From an uncultured bacterium (GTDB lineage Bacteria; Omnitrophota; Omnitrophia; Omnitrophales; Abzuiibacteriaceae), in NCBI GenBank assembly GCA_964387845.1, contig CAYLXA010000001.1, forward strand, positions 1 through 64,000: a stretch of 64,000 bases of DNA. The letters are read 5' to 3'. The position numbers were made by a program, and so were the translations under genes. Below the pieces are notes generated by a model that was not told the origin of the DNA, searched no databases, and was given only the letters and a program-made list of their open reading frames with translations. Below, piece after piece: positions 47,078-56,282 of the stretch (within the stretch, counting starts at the first letter, position 1; every line of letters begins with the position of its first letter).

Positions 47078-47445
47078 TTGCTCTTCTGCTTTTCCTTTTC
47101 GATATGGCTGATAATGTTTTGAATTTCTTTGATCTTAAACGGCTTGCTCAGGCAGTCATAAGCTCCGGCACGCTTGACCTGAAGCTCCATGTCTTCGGCC
47201 AAATAACCTGACATGATCACGACCGGTGCTTCCGATATCTTTTTGATTTCGACCAGCGCTTCAGAGCCTTCCATTTTGGGCATCAGCATATCCAGAAAAA
47301 TGACGTCGTAAGTTTCTTTTTTGGCTTTTTCAATGCCGTCCTTGGCCTTATCCGTGCAGTGAACCACATGCTTAAACTGTTCTAAAATTTCGGCGAGTTC
47401 GGAACAAACATCGATTTCGTCATCAATCACCAAAACTTTTGCCAT
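47074..47445 (-). CDS. Single-domain response regulator (CheY-like receiver)
   Basis: 'VLVIDDE', 'DVIFLDMLMP', 'KPF' receiver motifs. Confidence 0.8.
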   Translation of the reverse strand: MAKVLVIDDEIDVCSELAEILEQFKHVVHCTDKAKDGIEKAKKETYDVIFLDMLMPKMEGSEALVEIKKISEAPVVIMSGYLAEDMELQVKRAGAYDCLSKPFKIKEIQNIISHIEKEKQKSK

Positions 47446-47478
47446 TCTTCAAGCCCCTCTGCTGTTCGCCAAGCTGGT

Positions 47479-48321
47479 TTAAGCTGGAATCTTAAATTTT
47501 TCCTGCAAGGTTCCCAAATAACTGCGTTTTGAACTTTTGATCAACGGAAATTTGTTGTCGGACGCCGTAATTTCAATCACAAAATGTTTATCGATCTGAA
47601 CGCTTTCCTGCCCGTCGGCTGTGAGCAGCGCCTTGTCCTGCTCCCGGTCACAGGTAATCTGAATCTCTATTTTTTTATCGGCAGAAAGGATGACGGAACG
47701 AAGTGCCGAGACGTGTGGGCAAATCGGCGTGACGACGACCGTATTTAACCCCGGATGAACGATCGGGCCACCGGCCGAAAGTGAGTAAGCCGTTGATCCT
47801 GTCGGGGTTGCGACGATGACGCCGTCGCCCGGAAAACGTGTTACCCGCTCACCGTTTAATTTTAAATCGACATACATATACCGGGTCAATCCTTCGCGAT
47901 TAATCACAAGGTCATTCAAAGCCTGAAACCGCCGTTCAATCGAACCGTTTCCGGAGCGCGCGATTCCGCACAACATCAGCCGGTTTTCAACTTCATATTG
48001 GCCGGAGAGAATGAGTTTGAGCTCATCAAACGCTTCATCAACTTTGACTTCCGTCAAAAATCCGAGACTGCCCATATTGATGCCGAGCACGGGAATCATG
48101 CGCTGGATCATCCGTCCGGCCAGATGCAAGATAGTGCCGTCTCCGCCCAGACAAATGATCAAATCCGCTTCGCGCATGACGCCGTCAAGGTTGTGATCAC
48201 TGCTTTCAATCACCTTGAGACTGCGTTTTTCTAACCAATCTTTCAACTGCTTGGAAAAAGTGCCGATTTCGGGTTTAGCGGAAAAAGCAACAATGCCGAT
48301 TTTATGAAATGCGGTGCTCAT
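47479..48321 (-). CDS. nadK: NAD kinase
   Basis: 'LIICLGGDGTILH' GGDG motif and 'NDLVINR' NE/D motif. Confidence 0.85.
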   Translation of the reverse strand: MSTAFHKIGIVAFSAKPEIGTFSKQLKDWLEKRSLKVIESSDHNLDGVMREADLIICLGGDGTILHLAGRMIQRMIPVLGINMGSLGFLTEVKVDEAFDELKLILSGQYEVENRLMLCGIARSGNGSIERRFQALNDLVINREGLTRYMYVDLKLNGERVTRFPGDGVIVATPTGSTAYSLSAGGPIVHPGLNTVVVTPICPHVSALRSVILSADKKIEIQITCDREQDKALLTADGQESVQIDKHFVIEITASDNKFPLIKSSKRSYLGTLQEKFKIPA

Positions 48322-50222
48322 GAATGAACGAGGCCGGAAATATTTTCCGGCGCTTTAACAGATTGCAGTGCGGCGGATGCAATTTTCTCGGCTGAAAGCC
48401 CGAAACGGTCGAGCAGCGTATCGCGGACACCTTGCTCGATAAATTGATCGGGCAACGCAAGACGTTTCACGTTTGTTTTGATTTGTTTCCGCTCAAAAAA
48501 TTCCAAAACCTTTGAACCGAAGCCGCCTGTAAGGACATGCTCTTCAACAGTGAGAATTAATTTCGTTTTTTTGGCTGCTTCGAGCAGAATTTTTTCATCG
48601 AGCGGTTTTGCAAAACGCATATTGTAAACCGCCGCCGAAACTCCCTGCTTACGCAAAAGACCGGCCGCCTCAATCGACGGGCTGACCATCGTGCCGAACG
48701 CCAAAATGGCTACCTCATTTCCATCGATCAAAAGCTCGCCTTCCCCGATCCGGAAAGGCCGGTTCGAAAGCTGCGGAATTTCGGGAACGCTCGCGCGCGG
48801 ATAACGCAATGCAAACAAATGCGGATATTCGATCCCAAGTTTGAGCATTTGATACATTTCAAATTCGCTCACGGGCGCGGCAATCACTGACTCCGGAATA
48901 TGGCCCAAGTAACTGATGTCAAAAACACCGTTGTGCGTTGCCCCGTCGGCGCCGACAAGCCCTGCGCGGTCAAGGCCGAGTGTGACATTCAGGCGTTGGA
49001 GTGCCACGTCGTGGATTAATTGATCCTGCGAGCGCTGAAGGAAAGTTGAATAAATCGCACAAACGGGTTTCAAGCCGCCTTTCGAAAGCGCGCCGGCAAA
49101 TGTGACAGCGTGCTGTTCGGCAATTCCGACGTCAAAGAAGCGGCTCGGAAATTCCGAAGCGAACTTATTAAGCCCGGTCCCCGAAGGCATGGCGGCCGTA
49201 ATGGCGACCACGCGCTCATCTTCTTTGGCAAGTTTCAATAAAGCATTTGCGAATGCCTGGGTGTATGTGATTTCGGTTTTTGCTTTTACTTCCGCCGGAC
49301 TTTTCATTTTTAGACCCGTCTTAATATCGAAAGGCGTTACGCCATGTAAACGCTCGGGATCTTTGTCTGCAAATTCGCAGCCGAAACCTTTTTTGGTGAT
49401 GACGTGGAGAAAAGAAGCTTCCTCCAGCGGCGCAATGTTGCGTAAAATTTTCACAAGGCCTACGACATCGTGGCCGTCCACCGGGCCGAAATAACGAAAA
49501 CCCAATTCATCAAAAATCAATCCGGGAACCAGCAGATGTTTGAAATTATCGAGCAATTTATTGGCAAGCCGTTCCATGCGCGGAAAATTTTTCAACATGC
49601 GCTCGATTTCGCTGCGGATGCGATTGTACAAAGGGTTTGTGATGACGCCGTTTAAATATTTGCTGATCGCGCCAACATTTTTGGAAATCGACCAGGCGTT
49701 GTCATTCAAAATAATCAGCATCTTCCGCTTGGAGTGCCCTGCGTTGTTCAAAGCTTCATACGCCAACCCGCCCGTTAAACTGCCGTCGCCCACGACCGCA
49801 ATCACATTACCCTTCGCGCCGGTCAGGTCTCTTGCGGCCGCAAGTCCAAACGCTTGCGAAATCGCCGTGCAGGCGTGGCCCACGATGAACTGATCGTGCG
49901 GATTCTCAAACTGGCTCGGGAAGCCGCTCAGGCCTTCTTCCTGGCGGATGGTGCGCATCTGGTCGCGCCGGCCGGTAATCATCTTATGAACATACGCTTG
50001 ATGGCCCACGTCCCAGCAGATTTTATCCGCCGGAGAATCGAACACATAGTGAAGCGCAATATTGAGCTCTAAAGCGCCGAGGCTCGCGCCCAAATGGCCG
50101 CCGGTTTTGGAGATGGTTTCGATTAAAAATTCGCGGTATTCCTGTGCAACCTTGGGAAGCTCCTCAAGCGGAACTTTTTTCAGGTCCTGTGGAGAATTAA
50201 TGTGACGGATATAAGAAAACAT
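48318..50222 (-). CDS. dxs: 1-deoxy-D-xylulose-5-phosphate synthase
   Basis: 634 aa transketolase-like protein with 'GHACTAIS' and 'GDGSLTGGLAYEALNNAG' TPP motifs. Confidence 0.9.
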   Translation of the reverse strand: MFSYIRHINSPQDLKKVPLEELPKVAQEYREFLIETISKTGGHLGASLGALELNIALHYVFDSPADKICWDVGHQAYVHKMITGRRDQMRTIRQEEGLSGFPSQFENPHDQFIVGHACTAISQAFGLAAARDLTGAKGNVIAVVGDGSLTGGLAYEALNNAGHSKRKMLIILNDNAWSISKNVGAISKYLNGVITNPLYNRIRSEIERMLKNFPRMERLANKLLDNFKHLLVPGLIFDELGFRYFGPVDGHDVVGLVKILRNIAPLEEASFLHVITKKGFGCEFADKDPERLHGVTPFDIKTGLKMKSPAEVKAKTEITYTQAFANALLKLAKEDERVVAITAAMPSGTGLNKFASEFPSRFFDVGIAEQHAVTFAGALSKGGLKPVCAIYSTFLQRSQDQLIHDVALQRLNVTLGLDRAGLVGADGATHNGVFDISYLGHIPESVIAAPVSEFEMYQMLKLGIEYPHLFALRYPRASVPEIPQLSNRPFRIGEGELLIDGNEVAILAFGTMVSPSIEAAGLLRKQGVSAAVYNMRFAKPLDEKILLEAAKKTKLILTVEEHVLTGGFGSKVLEFFERKQIKTNVKRLALPDQFIEQGVRDTLLDRFGLSAEKIASAALQSVKAPENISGLVHS

Positions 50223-50236
50223 TTTATCTGTTTTTT

Positions 50237-51067
50237 CTATTTTTTACGCTCAACAACGTAGTCTGCTAAGCTTTCCAATGCTGCTTTCGGCCCCGAAAAA
50301 CCGGACAATTCCTGCTTGGCTTGCTGGATTAATTCCTGGGCCTTTTGGCGGGCTTGGCGCTCATTCATATGATGAAGATAACCATCGGCGTCCATTATAT
50401 CATCGACGATTTGGAAGGCAAATCCCAAATACTCGCCAAACCGTAAGATACGCAATTCTTCTTCATGGCTCACATCCGACACAACCGCCCCGGCCAGGCA
50501 GCTCACCTGGATCAAAGCGCCCGTTTTTTTACGGTTAATGTCGTTTAACTGCTCCAGCGTGATTTTCCGGTTCTTGGCTTCGATATCCAAAACTTGGCCG
50601 CCGATCATTCCAATCGTACCGGCAGCTTTTGCAATATCCGCAACAAGCCGGAAATGTTTCGGATTTTTAAGCCTTCCCAAAATTTCAAAGGCAAGCGTCA
50701 GAAGCGCATCCCCCGTTAAAATCGCCATCGCTTCACCGTAACGCACATGACAGGTCGCCCGGCCGCGCCGCAGCGAATCATTGTCAAGTGAAGGCAAATC
50801 GTCGTGAATGAGTGAGTAAGTATGGATCAATTCGATTGCAGAAGCCGCGATTTTGGCTTGCTCGACCGGTCCGCCGCACATTTCCGCAACCGAAAGCGTC
50901 AGCACGGGCCGAATCCGTTTGCCGCCGCTAAAAACCATGTAGCGCATCGCTTCATGAAGCTTTTCGGGCGATTCGGATTCTTTCGGCAGCAATAAATGAA
51001 GCGCTCGGTCAATCGCATCAGACTTTTGCTGCAAATAACTGTCTAAATCAAACGAAGTGGTCGGCAT
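50237..51067 (-). CDS. ispA: Polyprenyl (farnesyl/geranylgeranyl) diphosphate synthase
   Basis: FARM 'LIHDDLPSLDND' and SARM 'FQIVDDIMD'. Confidence 0.85.
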   Translation of the reverse strand: MPTTSFDLDSYLQQKSDAIDRALHLLLPKESESPEKLHEAMRYMVFSGGKRIRPVLTLSVAEMCGGPVEQAKIAASAIELIHTYSLIHDDLPSLDNDSLRRGRATCHVRYGEAMAILTGDALLTLAFEILGRLKNPKHFRLVADIAKAAGTIGMIGGQVLDIEAKNRKITLEQLNDINRKKTGALIQVSCLAGAVVSDVSHEEELRILRFGEYLGFAFQIVDDIMDADGYLHHMNERQARQKAQELIQQAKQELSGFSGPKAALESLADYVVERKK

Positions 51068-51070
51068 TGA

Positions 51071-51364
51071 TTAAAGTAAAATATCGTCGTCTTCTGATAC
51101 GCTTTTCTGGGGTTTTTTGGATTTGGCCGGTTTTTTAGAGCTTGAATCCGCATCTTCAATATCCGCGGCACCGTTTAAGGAACGCGTCAGCATTTCAATT
51201 TTCTTTTCGGTTTCGTTTAATTTTTTGCTGCACGCACGCGACAATTTGACGCCTTCTTCATATCGTTTGAGCGCTTCATCAAGCGAGAGCTCGCCTGATT
51301 CCAACGCTTCCACGATTTTTTCTAACTTTTCGAGCGCTTTTTCAAATTGAATGTCTTCGTCCAT
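51071..51364 (-). CDS. xseB: Exodeoxyribonuclease VII small subunit
   Basis: 'FEKALEKLEKIVEALESGELSLDEALKRYEEGVKL'. Confidence 0.85.
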   Translation of the reverse strand: MDEDIQFEKALEKLEKIVEALESGELSLDEALKRYEEGVKLSRACSKKLNETEKKIEMLTRSLNGAADIEDADSSSKKPAKSKKPQKSVSEDDDILL

Positions 51365-51365
51365 G

Positions 51366-52610
51366 TTATTCTCCCCGTTCAATTACTTTTGATTTTAAAG
51401 ATCCTTTACTGAATCGCGTTGTCATGGTGCTCCCGACTTGAATTTGTCCTGCGGTTTTAACCAAACTTCCTTTTTCATCCGTCGTCAGACTGTATCCGCG
51501 CTCCAAAACGGACATCGGGCTTAGCGCGTTTAATTTTCCGAGAACATTTTGAAACTCGAGCTTCTTATTTTCTGCCTGAGCACGCAAATAATTCTGCATT
51601 TGCCTCAAGAGCTCATCCACGCGCTGCGACAATTGCCCGAGCTGCGCCATGGGCTGGCGGAATGCATAACTCGTTAAAAGCGATTCGAGATTTTCGCGAT
51701 TGGTTTTCACAATCGACTTCACCGCTATCTGCATCCGGTTTTTGTATTCACGAATCCGCTCATACAATTCATCCCAAAAAAACACAACCTGTTCCGCTGC
51801 AGCGGTCGGTGTGTGCGCTCTTTGATCCGCCACAAAATCGGCAATGGTCCAATCCACTTCGTGCCCGACAGCTGAAATCACGGGAATTTTGGATTTAAAA
51901 ATCGCGCGCGCCACGATCTCCTCGTTAAATGCCCACAAATCTTCCAAACTGCCGCCGCCTCGGCCCACGATCAGCACGTCGGTGTCTTTCTGTGCGTTGA
52001 AATTTTCGATCGCACGCGCAATTTCCGCCGCAGCGCCTTCGCCCTGAACCCGCGCCGGCGTCAAAATGATTTGAAACCCATAAGATTTGCGCTTCAATAC
52101 TTTCAGCATATCCTGCAGTGCGGCGCCCGTCTCGGAAGTCACGATTCCGATCCTATGCGGAAACTTGGGGATCGGCTTTTTCGCCGCCGGATCAAAAAGC
52201 CCTTCGGCCTCGAGTTTCTTTTTTAATTGTTCAAATGCCAGCTGCAGCGCGCCGACACCTTTTGGTTCCACACGTTCGACGTAAAGTTGGTAACTGCCGC
52301 GCGCGTCATAAACGGAAACGCGCCCGATCGCGACGATTTTTATGCCGTCTTCGAGTTTAAAATTAAGCGACTGGTTTGCGCGCGCAAAAAAACAGCAATT
52401 GAGCTGTGCGGCTTCGTCTTTCAGTGTGAAATACATGTGCCCGGACGGCTGTTGGTGTTTGAAGTTGGAAATTTCGCCTTCGACCCACACGAGCGGAAAA
52501 TTTTTCTCTAGCAGTGTGTGAATTTCGCGTGTAATTTCCGAAACTTTGTAAACTTTGCGGCCCGGAACTTGCAGCGGTGGCATTGTCACGGTATTTTTTG
52601 TTTTTTCCAT
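51366..52610 (-). CDS. xseA: Exodeoxyribonuclease VII large subunit (start uncertain; the ORF track extends to 52640, into a palindromic repeat)
   Basis: OB-fold N-terminus with an XseA catalytic core ('GRGGGSLEDLWAFNEE'). Confidence 0.85.
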   Translation of the reverse strand: MEKTKNTVTMPPLQVPGRKVYKVSEITREIHTLLEKNFPLVWVEGEISNFKHQQPSGHMYFTLKDEAAQLNCCFFARANQSLNFKLEDGIKIVAIGRVSVYDARGSYQLYVERVEPKGVGALQLAFEQLKKKLEAEGLFDPAAKKPIPKFPHRIGIVTSETGAALQDMLKVLKRKSYGFQIILTPARVQGEGAAAEIARAIENFNAQKDTDVLIVGRGGGSLEDLWAFNEEIVARAIFKSKIPVISAVGHEVDWTIADFVADQRAHTPTAAAEQVVFFWDELYERIREYKNRMQIAVKSIVKTNRENLESLLTSYAFRQPMAQLGQLSQRVDELLRQMQNYLRAQAENKKLEFQNVLGKLNALSPMSVLERGYSLTTDEKGSLVKTAGQIQVGSTMTTRFSKGSLKSKVIERGE

Positions 52611-52625
52611 TTTTACACTAAATTT

Positions 52626-52687
52626 GTCATTCTGAGGCAAAGCCGAAGAATCTGCGGACTTAGATCCTTCGCTACGCTCAGGATGAC
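52626..52687. repeat. 62-nt imperfect palindromic repeat (copy P)
   Basis: gtcattctgagg-caaagc-cgaagaatct-...-agatccttcg-ctac-gctcaggatgac. Its reverse complement is about 85% identical to 56196-56255. Confidence 0.7.
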
Positions 52688-52695
52688 ACCAAACA

Positions 52696-53478
52696 TCATG
52701 TCAATTTTTCATGGACTCTCTTAATACTTTTTGCCCTGCCGCTTGAGGAGTCAATGTCAATGATCACGCCACTCAGCCGCGCGTCTTCGCTTGCAACTTC
52801 CAAATGAGGCGGCATCTGCGTAATGAAATGCGTGAGCACATCTTCAATTTTGCGGCCGATGACGGATTTGTGCGGCCCGCACATCCCGAGATCCGTGATG
52901 TACGCCGTGCCGTTCGGCAAAATTTCTTCATCCGCCGTTTGCACGTGTGTGTGCGTTCCGACCACTGCGCTCACTTTGCCGTCTAAAAACCAGCCCATCG
53001 CCCGCTTCTCAGACGTAGCTTCGGCATGCAGATCCACAATGATATTGGGCGTTTCTTTACGCAATTTATCGAGCTCTTTCTCGACAGCGCGGAACGGACA
53101 ATCGATGGTTTTAAGAAACACACGGCCCATTAAATTAATCACGGCGACTTTGGTTTTATCCGCGAGTTCAATCACGACGGAACCTTTGCCCGGAGTGCCC
53201 TGCGGATAATTGAGGGGCTTCAAGATGCGGGGATTTTGCTCCAAAAGTTCGATGGAATCTTTTTTGCGGTAAATGTGGTCGCCCGATGTGATCACATGCG
53301 CACCCGAATCAAACAATTCGCGGATGGTATCGGCCGTAATGCTCGAACCGCCCGCGATGTTTTCGCCGTTTACGATAATTAAATCAAGCTTCTCGGATTC
53401 GCGCAGTCTCGGAATAATTTTAAGACATGCCTGACGCCCCGGTTTTCCGACCGTATCACCGACAATTAAAACTCTCAT
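52696..53478 (-). CDS. ymdB: YmdB-like TIGR00282 metallophosphoesterase (2',3'-cyclic-nucleotide phosphodiesterase family)
   Basis: 'MRVLIVGDTVGKPGR', 'GENIAGG', 'DLHAEATSEK', 'GTHTHVQTADE'. Confidence 0.75.
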   Translation of the reverse strand: MRVLIVGDTVGKPGRQACLKIIPRLRESEKLDLIIVNGENIAGGSSITADTIRELFDSGAHVITSGDHIYRKKDSIELLEQNPRILKPLNYPQGTPGKGSVVIELADKTKVAVINLMGRVFLKTIDCPFRAVEKELDKLRKETPNIIVDLHAEATSEKRAMGWFLDGKVSAVVGTHTHVQTADEEILPNGTAYITDLGMCGPHKSVIGRKIEDVLTHFITQMPPHLEVASEDARLSGVIIDIDSSSGRAKSIKRVHEKLT

Positions 53479-53489
53479 TCTTCCTACTT

Positions 53490-53547
53490 TCTAATCATCC
53501 CTCACCCTTCCCTCTCCCTGTGGGAGAGGGATAAAGGGAGAGGGTTT
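53490..53547. repeat. CCCTCTCCC-type hairpin repeat (copy B)
   Basis: 'ccctctccctgtgggagagggataaagggagagggttttt' is homologous to 3785-3830. Confidence 0.6.
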
Positions 53548-54111
53548 TTAATCATGAAAAACGCGCGAGACGGGGATATCAAGTTCCGTCACCGGAAGCG
53601 CGCTTAATATTTGAAATTGAAACGCTATGCCGTAACTCACTGTCTTCTTTGGCAATTTCGCCAAAAAACGGTCGTAGTAACCGCCGCTCCTGCCGAGACG
53701 ATTGTTCGCTTGATCGAACGCAAGACCCGGTACCAATACCAAATCAATTACGTCATTTGAAACCGGCTTCCGGAATTCAGGCTTGGGCTCTAATATTCCA
53801 TAATTACCCGGCACTAAATCTTTTTCCGGATCGTGAATCTTGCAAGGCATGAGCAGTTTACTCTTTGGATCAACCGCCGGCACCACGATGGTTTTCCTCG
53901 CCTTCACCGCTTCTGCCATCAGTTCGTGCGTATCGACTTCTTCATCGGTCGACACGTAAAACATGACCGTTTTTGCCGATTGAAACCGGCTGTCTTTCAA
54001 TATCTTATGACAGACCATGCGGCTGCGCTTCTTACGCTCGCTTGCAGGTTCGGCTTTCAATTTGGTGCGCATTTCAGCGCGTATTTCTTCTTTTTCCTGT
54101 TCGATGGTCAT
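53548..54111 (-). CDS. 5-formyltetrahydrofolate cyclo-ligase
   Basis: 'LVPGLAFDQANNRLGRSGGYYDRFL' matches the 5-FCL signature. Confidence 0.8.
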   Translation of the reverse strand: MTIEQEKEEIRAEMRTKLKAEPASERKKRSRMVCHKILKDSRFQSAKTVMFYVSTDEEVDTHELMAEAVKARKTIVVPAVDPKSKLLMPCKIHDPEKDLVPGNYGILEPKPEFRKPVSNDVIDLVLVPGLAFDQANNRLGRSGGYYDRFLAKLPKKTVSYGIAFQFQILSALPVTELDIPVSRVFHD

Positions 54112-54120
54112 AACGAATCA

Positions 54121-54317
54121 TGCGCCCGGCCGGAATTGAACCAGCAACCCTCTCCTTAGGACGGAGATGCTCTATCCAATTGTCCTGACTTTCATTAAAA
54201 CCCCAATGCGTTTATTCATCGGAAGTCAGGACTACCCTTGCGCTTTCATTAAAACCGATTCATTCGGTCTATCAGTAGCGCAAGGGTTGAGCTACAGGCT
54301 TAGTAAATTTTAATATC
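54121..54317 (-). pseudogene. Second tRNA-Arg(CCT)-like copy with a degenerate acceptor stem and a ~110-nt two-hairpin insertion in the D-loop
   Basis: Minus strand: 'GCCTGTAGCTCAA' + [CCCTTGCGC...GCGCAAGGG, GTCCTGAC...GTCAGGAC] + 'AATTGGATAGAGCATCTCCGTCCTAAGGAGAGGGTTGCTGGTTCAATTCCGGCCGGGCGCA'. Confidence 0.6.
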
Positions 54318-54391
54318 TGCCCTCGGCCGGAATTGAACCAGCAACCCTCTCCTTAGGACGGAGATGCTCTATCCAATTGAGCTACGAGGGC
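54318..54391 (-). tRNA. tRNA-Arg (anticodon CCT), 74 nt
   Basis: GCCCTCGTAGCTCAATTGGATAGAGCATCTCCGTCCTAAGGAGAGGGTTGCTGGTTCAATTCCGGCCGAGGGCA. Confidence 0.9.
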
Positions 54392-54469
54392 ACAATTGTA
54401 GCATTTTATCATAAAACCACGGGGAGATATTCCGAAACTTACAGATAAAAATAAGCCGCAAACGGGAGA

Positions 54470-55003
54470 TTAATACGTGATCAGGGAGTGAAGCGGGAGT
54501 TTGGGAAATTTTGTACGGCCTTTTAAAAATTCAAGCTCGATCACGAACGCGAGGCCGAGCACTTGGCCGCCGAGTTTCTCGACCAACTTCACGACCGCTT
54601 CGGCCGTTCCGCCGGTCGCGAGCAAATCATCAACAATAATGACTTTTTGGCCTTTGTGAATCGCGTCCTTGTGAATTTGCAAATGGTCCTGGCCATATTC
54701 CAAATCATACGAAACCGTCTCGCACGCGTGTGGCAGCTTCCCCTTTTTCCGTACCGGCACAAACCCGGCACCCAATTGATATGCGATCACAGGGCTGAAT
54801 ATAAATCCGCGCGATTCAATTCCAACCACTTGATCAATTTTCTCAGCTTTAAATTTTGACGCCAGCTCATCGCAAATCATGCGCAAAGCTTCCGCGTTCT
54901 GCAAAATGGGCGTGATGTCTTTAAAAATAATGCCCGGCTTCGGGAAATCCGGAACGTCGCGGACGAGCGAGCGGATCAGGGTTGGGTTATATTTCTCAAT
55001 CAT
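54470..55003 (-). CDS. apt: Adenine phosphoribosyltransferase
   Basis: '[14 protein letters not shown]' PRPP-binding motif; 177 aa. Confidence 0.9.
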   Translation of the reverse strand: MIEKYNPTLIRSLVRDVPDFPKPGIIFKDITPILQNAEALRMICDELASKFKAEKIDQVVGIESRGFIFSPVIAYQLGAGFVPVRKKGKLPHACETVSYDLEYGQDHLQIHKDAIHKGQKVIIVDDLLATGGTAEAVVKLVEKLGGQVLGLAFVIELEFLKGRTKFPKLPLHSLITY

Positions 55004-55089
55004 AAGAACCTATTTCGGAATGTGGATTGCGGAATGCGGATTGACCAAATTTTCAATCCGAAATCCGAAATCTGAAATTCGCAATTGAA

Positions 55090-56184
55090 TTACTTTTGTA
55101 CGTAATCGCCTAGCTGATCGGAATCGGATTTGAGCTGGATCCTGATTTTTGCAAGCGCCGCGACTTCGATTTGACGGACACGTTCGCGTGTAATATTGAA
55201 TTTCTTCGCGGTATCTTCCAAAGTTTTCGGCTCATCGCCCCGCAAACCAAATCTTAAAACTAAAATCTCGCGTTCACGCTCGTCCACCATTCCGAGCAAC
55301 TTATCAATCCGTTCAGACGTAAAAAGGTCCTGGATATTCTCCGTTGCGCGCGTAGCGTTTTCGTCCTCGACCAAATCCATGATTTCCGCCGAACCGTCGA
55401 GACTGACGGGCATATTGAGCGAACTCGGCTGCAAAGCAACGCGTTCGATTTCTTTCACTTTTCGAATCGGAATGTCCATCGCGTCCGAAATTTCCTTGCG
55501 CGAGGGCTCGCGGCCAAGTTTCTGCGTGAGACCGTCCCTCACCTTCCGCCACTTGGAAATAATGTCATACATATAAACCGGCACGCGGATCATTTTGCCC
55601 TGGTTGGAAAGCGCGCGCATGATGGCCTGCTTGATCCACCAGGAGGCATAAGTCGAAAAACGGTATCCTTTTTTATAATCAAATTTGTCGACGGCACGCA
55701 TAAGGCCGATGTTGCCTTCTTCCACCAAATCTGAAAATGGAAGGCCGATATTGGCGTAGCGTTTCGCAATGGAAATCACGAGCCGTAAATTGGAACGGAT
55801 CATTTTCGTGCGCGCAGCTTTTGATTCAATCGACTCGCCATCAATCGCTTTGGCAAGACTGACTTCTTCTTCAGGTGTCAGCAGCGGAATGTGCTCGATT
55901 TGCTGAAGATAAATCTTCATCGGCGTTTTATCGAGCGTTGCTTCGCTGGCCAAATCTTCCTCATCCTCGTGCTTGGATTTTTTCTTTTCTTTTTTAGCTG
56001 CTTGCGGTTTCGCGGGTGCTTTTTCCTTGGCCGGAGGCAGGGGCTTGGCCTTTTTGAGAGCTTTTTTTGGTTTTGAGGATTTGAGCTTCTTTTTGGAAGA
56101 ACGCTTGGCGAGTTTCTTGCGAAGTTTTTTCTTTTTCGCGCGCGACAACTTCTTTTTCTTTTTCAAGGACTTCTTTTTTGGCAT
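55090..56184 (-). CDS. rpoD: Sigma-70 family primary-like sigma factor with a poly-Lys N-terminal extension
   Basis: Regions 1.2–4 are present ('YLQQIEHIPLLTPEEE', 'IGLMRAVDKFDYKKGYRFSTYASWWIKQAI', 'TLEDTAKKFNITRERVRQIEVAALAKIR'). The first ~65 aa are K/A/P-rich in place of acidic region 1.1. Confidence 0.8.
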   Translation of the reverse strand: MPKKKSLKKKKKLSRAKKKKLRKKLAKRSSKKKLKSSKPKKALKKAKPLPPAKEKAPAKPQAAKKEKKKSKHEDEEDLASEATLDKTPMKIYLQQIEHIPLLTPEEEVSLAKAIDGESIESKAARTKMIRSNLRLVISIAKRYANIGLPFSDLVEEGNIGLMRAVDKFDYKKGYRFSTYASWWIKQAIMRALSNQGKMIRVPVYMYDIISKWRKVRDGLTQKLGREPSRKEISDAMDIPIRKVKEIERVALQPSSLNMPVSLDGSAEIMDLVEDENATRATENIQDLFTSERIDKLLGMVDEREREILVLRFGLRGDEPKTLEDTAKKFNITRERVRQIEVAALAKIRIQLKSDSDQLGDYVQK

Positions 56185-56195
56185 AGAAAAAGTTC

Positions 56196-56255
56196 GTCAT
56201 CCTGAACGAAGTGAAAGATCTAAGTCCGTAGATTCTTCGCTTCGCTCAGAATGAC
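56196..56255. repeat. 62-nt imperfect palindromic repeat (copy Q)
   Basis: gtcatcctgaacgaagtgaaagatctaagtccgtagattcttcgcttcgctcagaatgac. Confidence 0.7.
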
Positions 56256-56282
56256 GTCGATGATAACGGTTAAAGACAACTG

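Noticed and set aside
55004-55089. Short tandem 'ggaatg(t/c)ggattg' / 'tccgaaatc' repeats between apt and rpoD.
   Set aside because: Low-complexity direct and inverted repeats of ≤14 nt. They are probably just the rpoD terminator/apt promoter region, with no second copy seen in the window.
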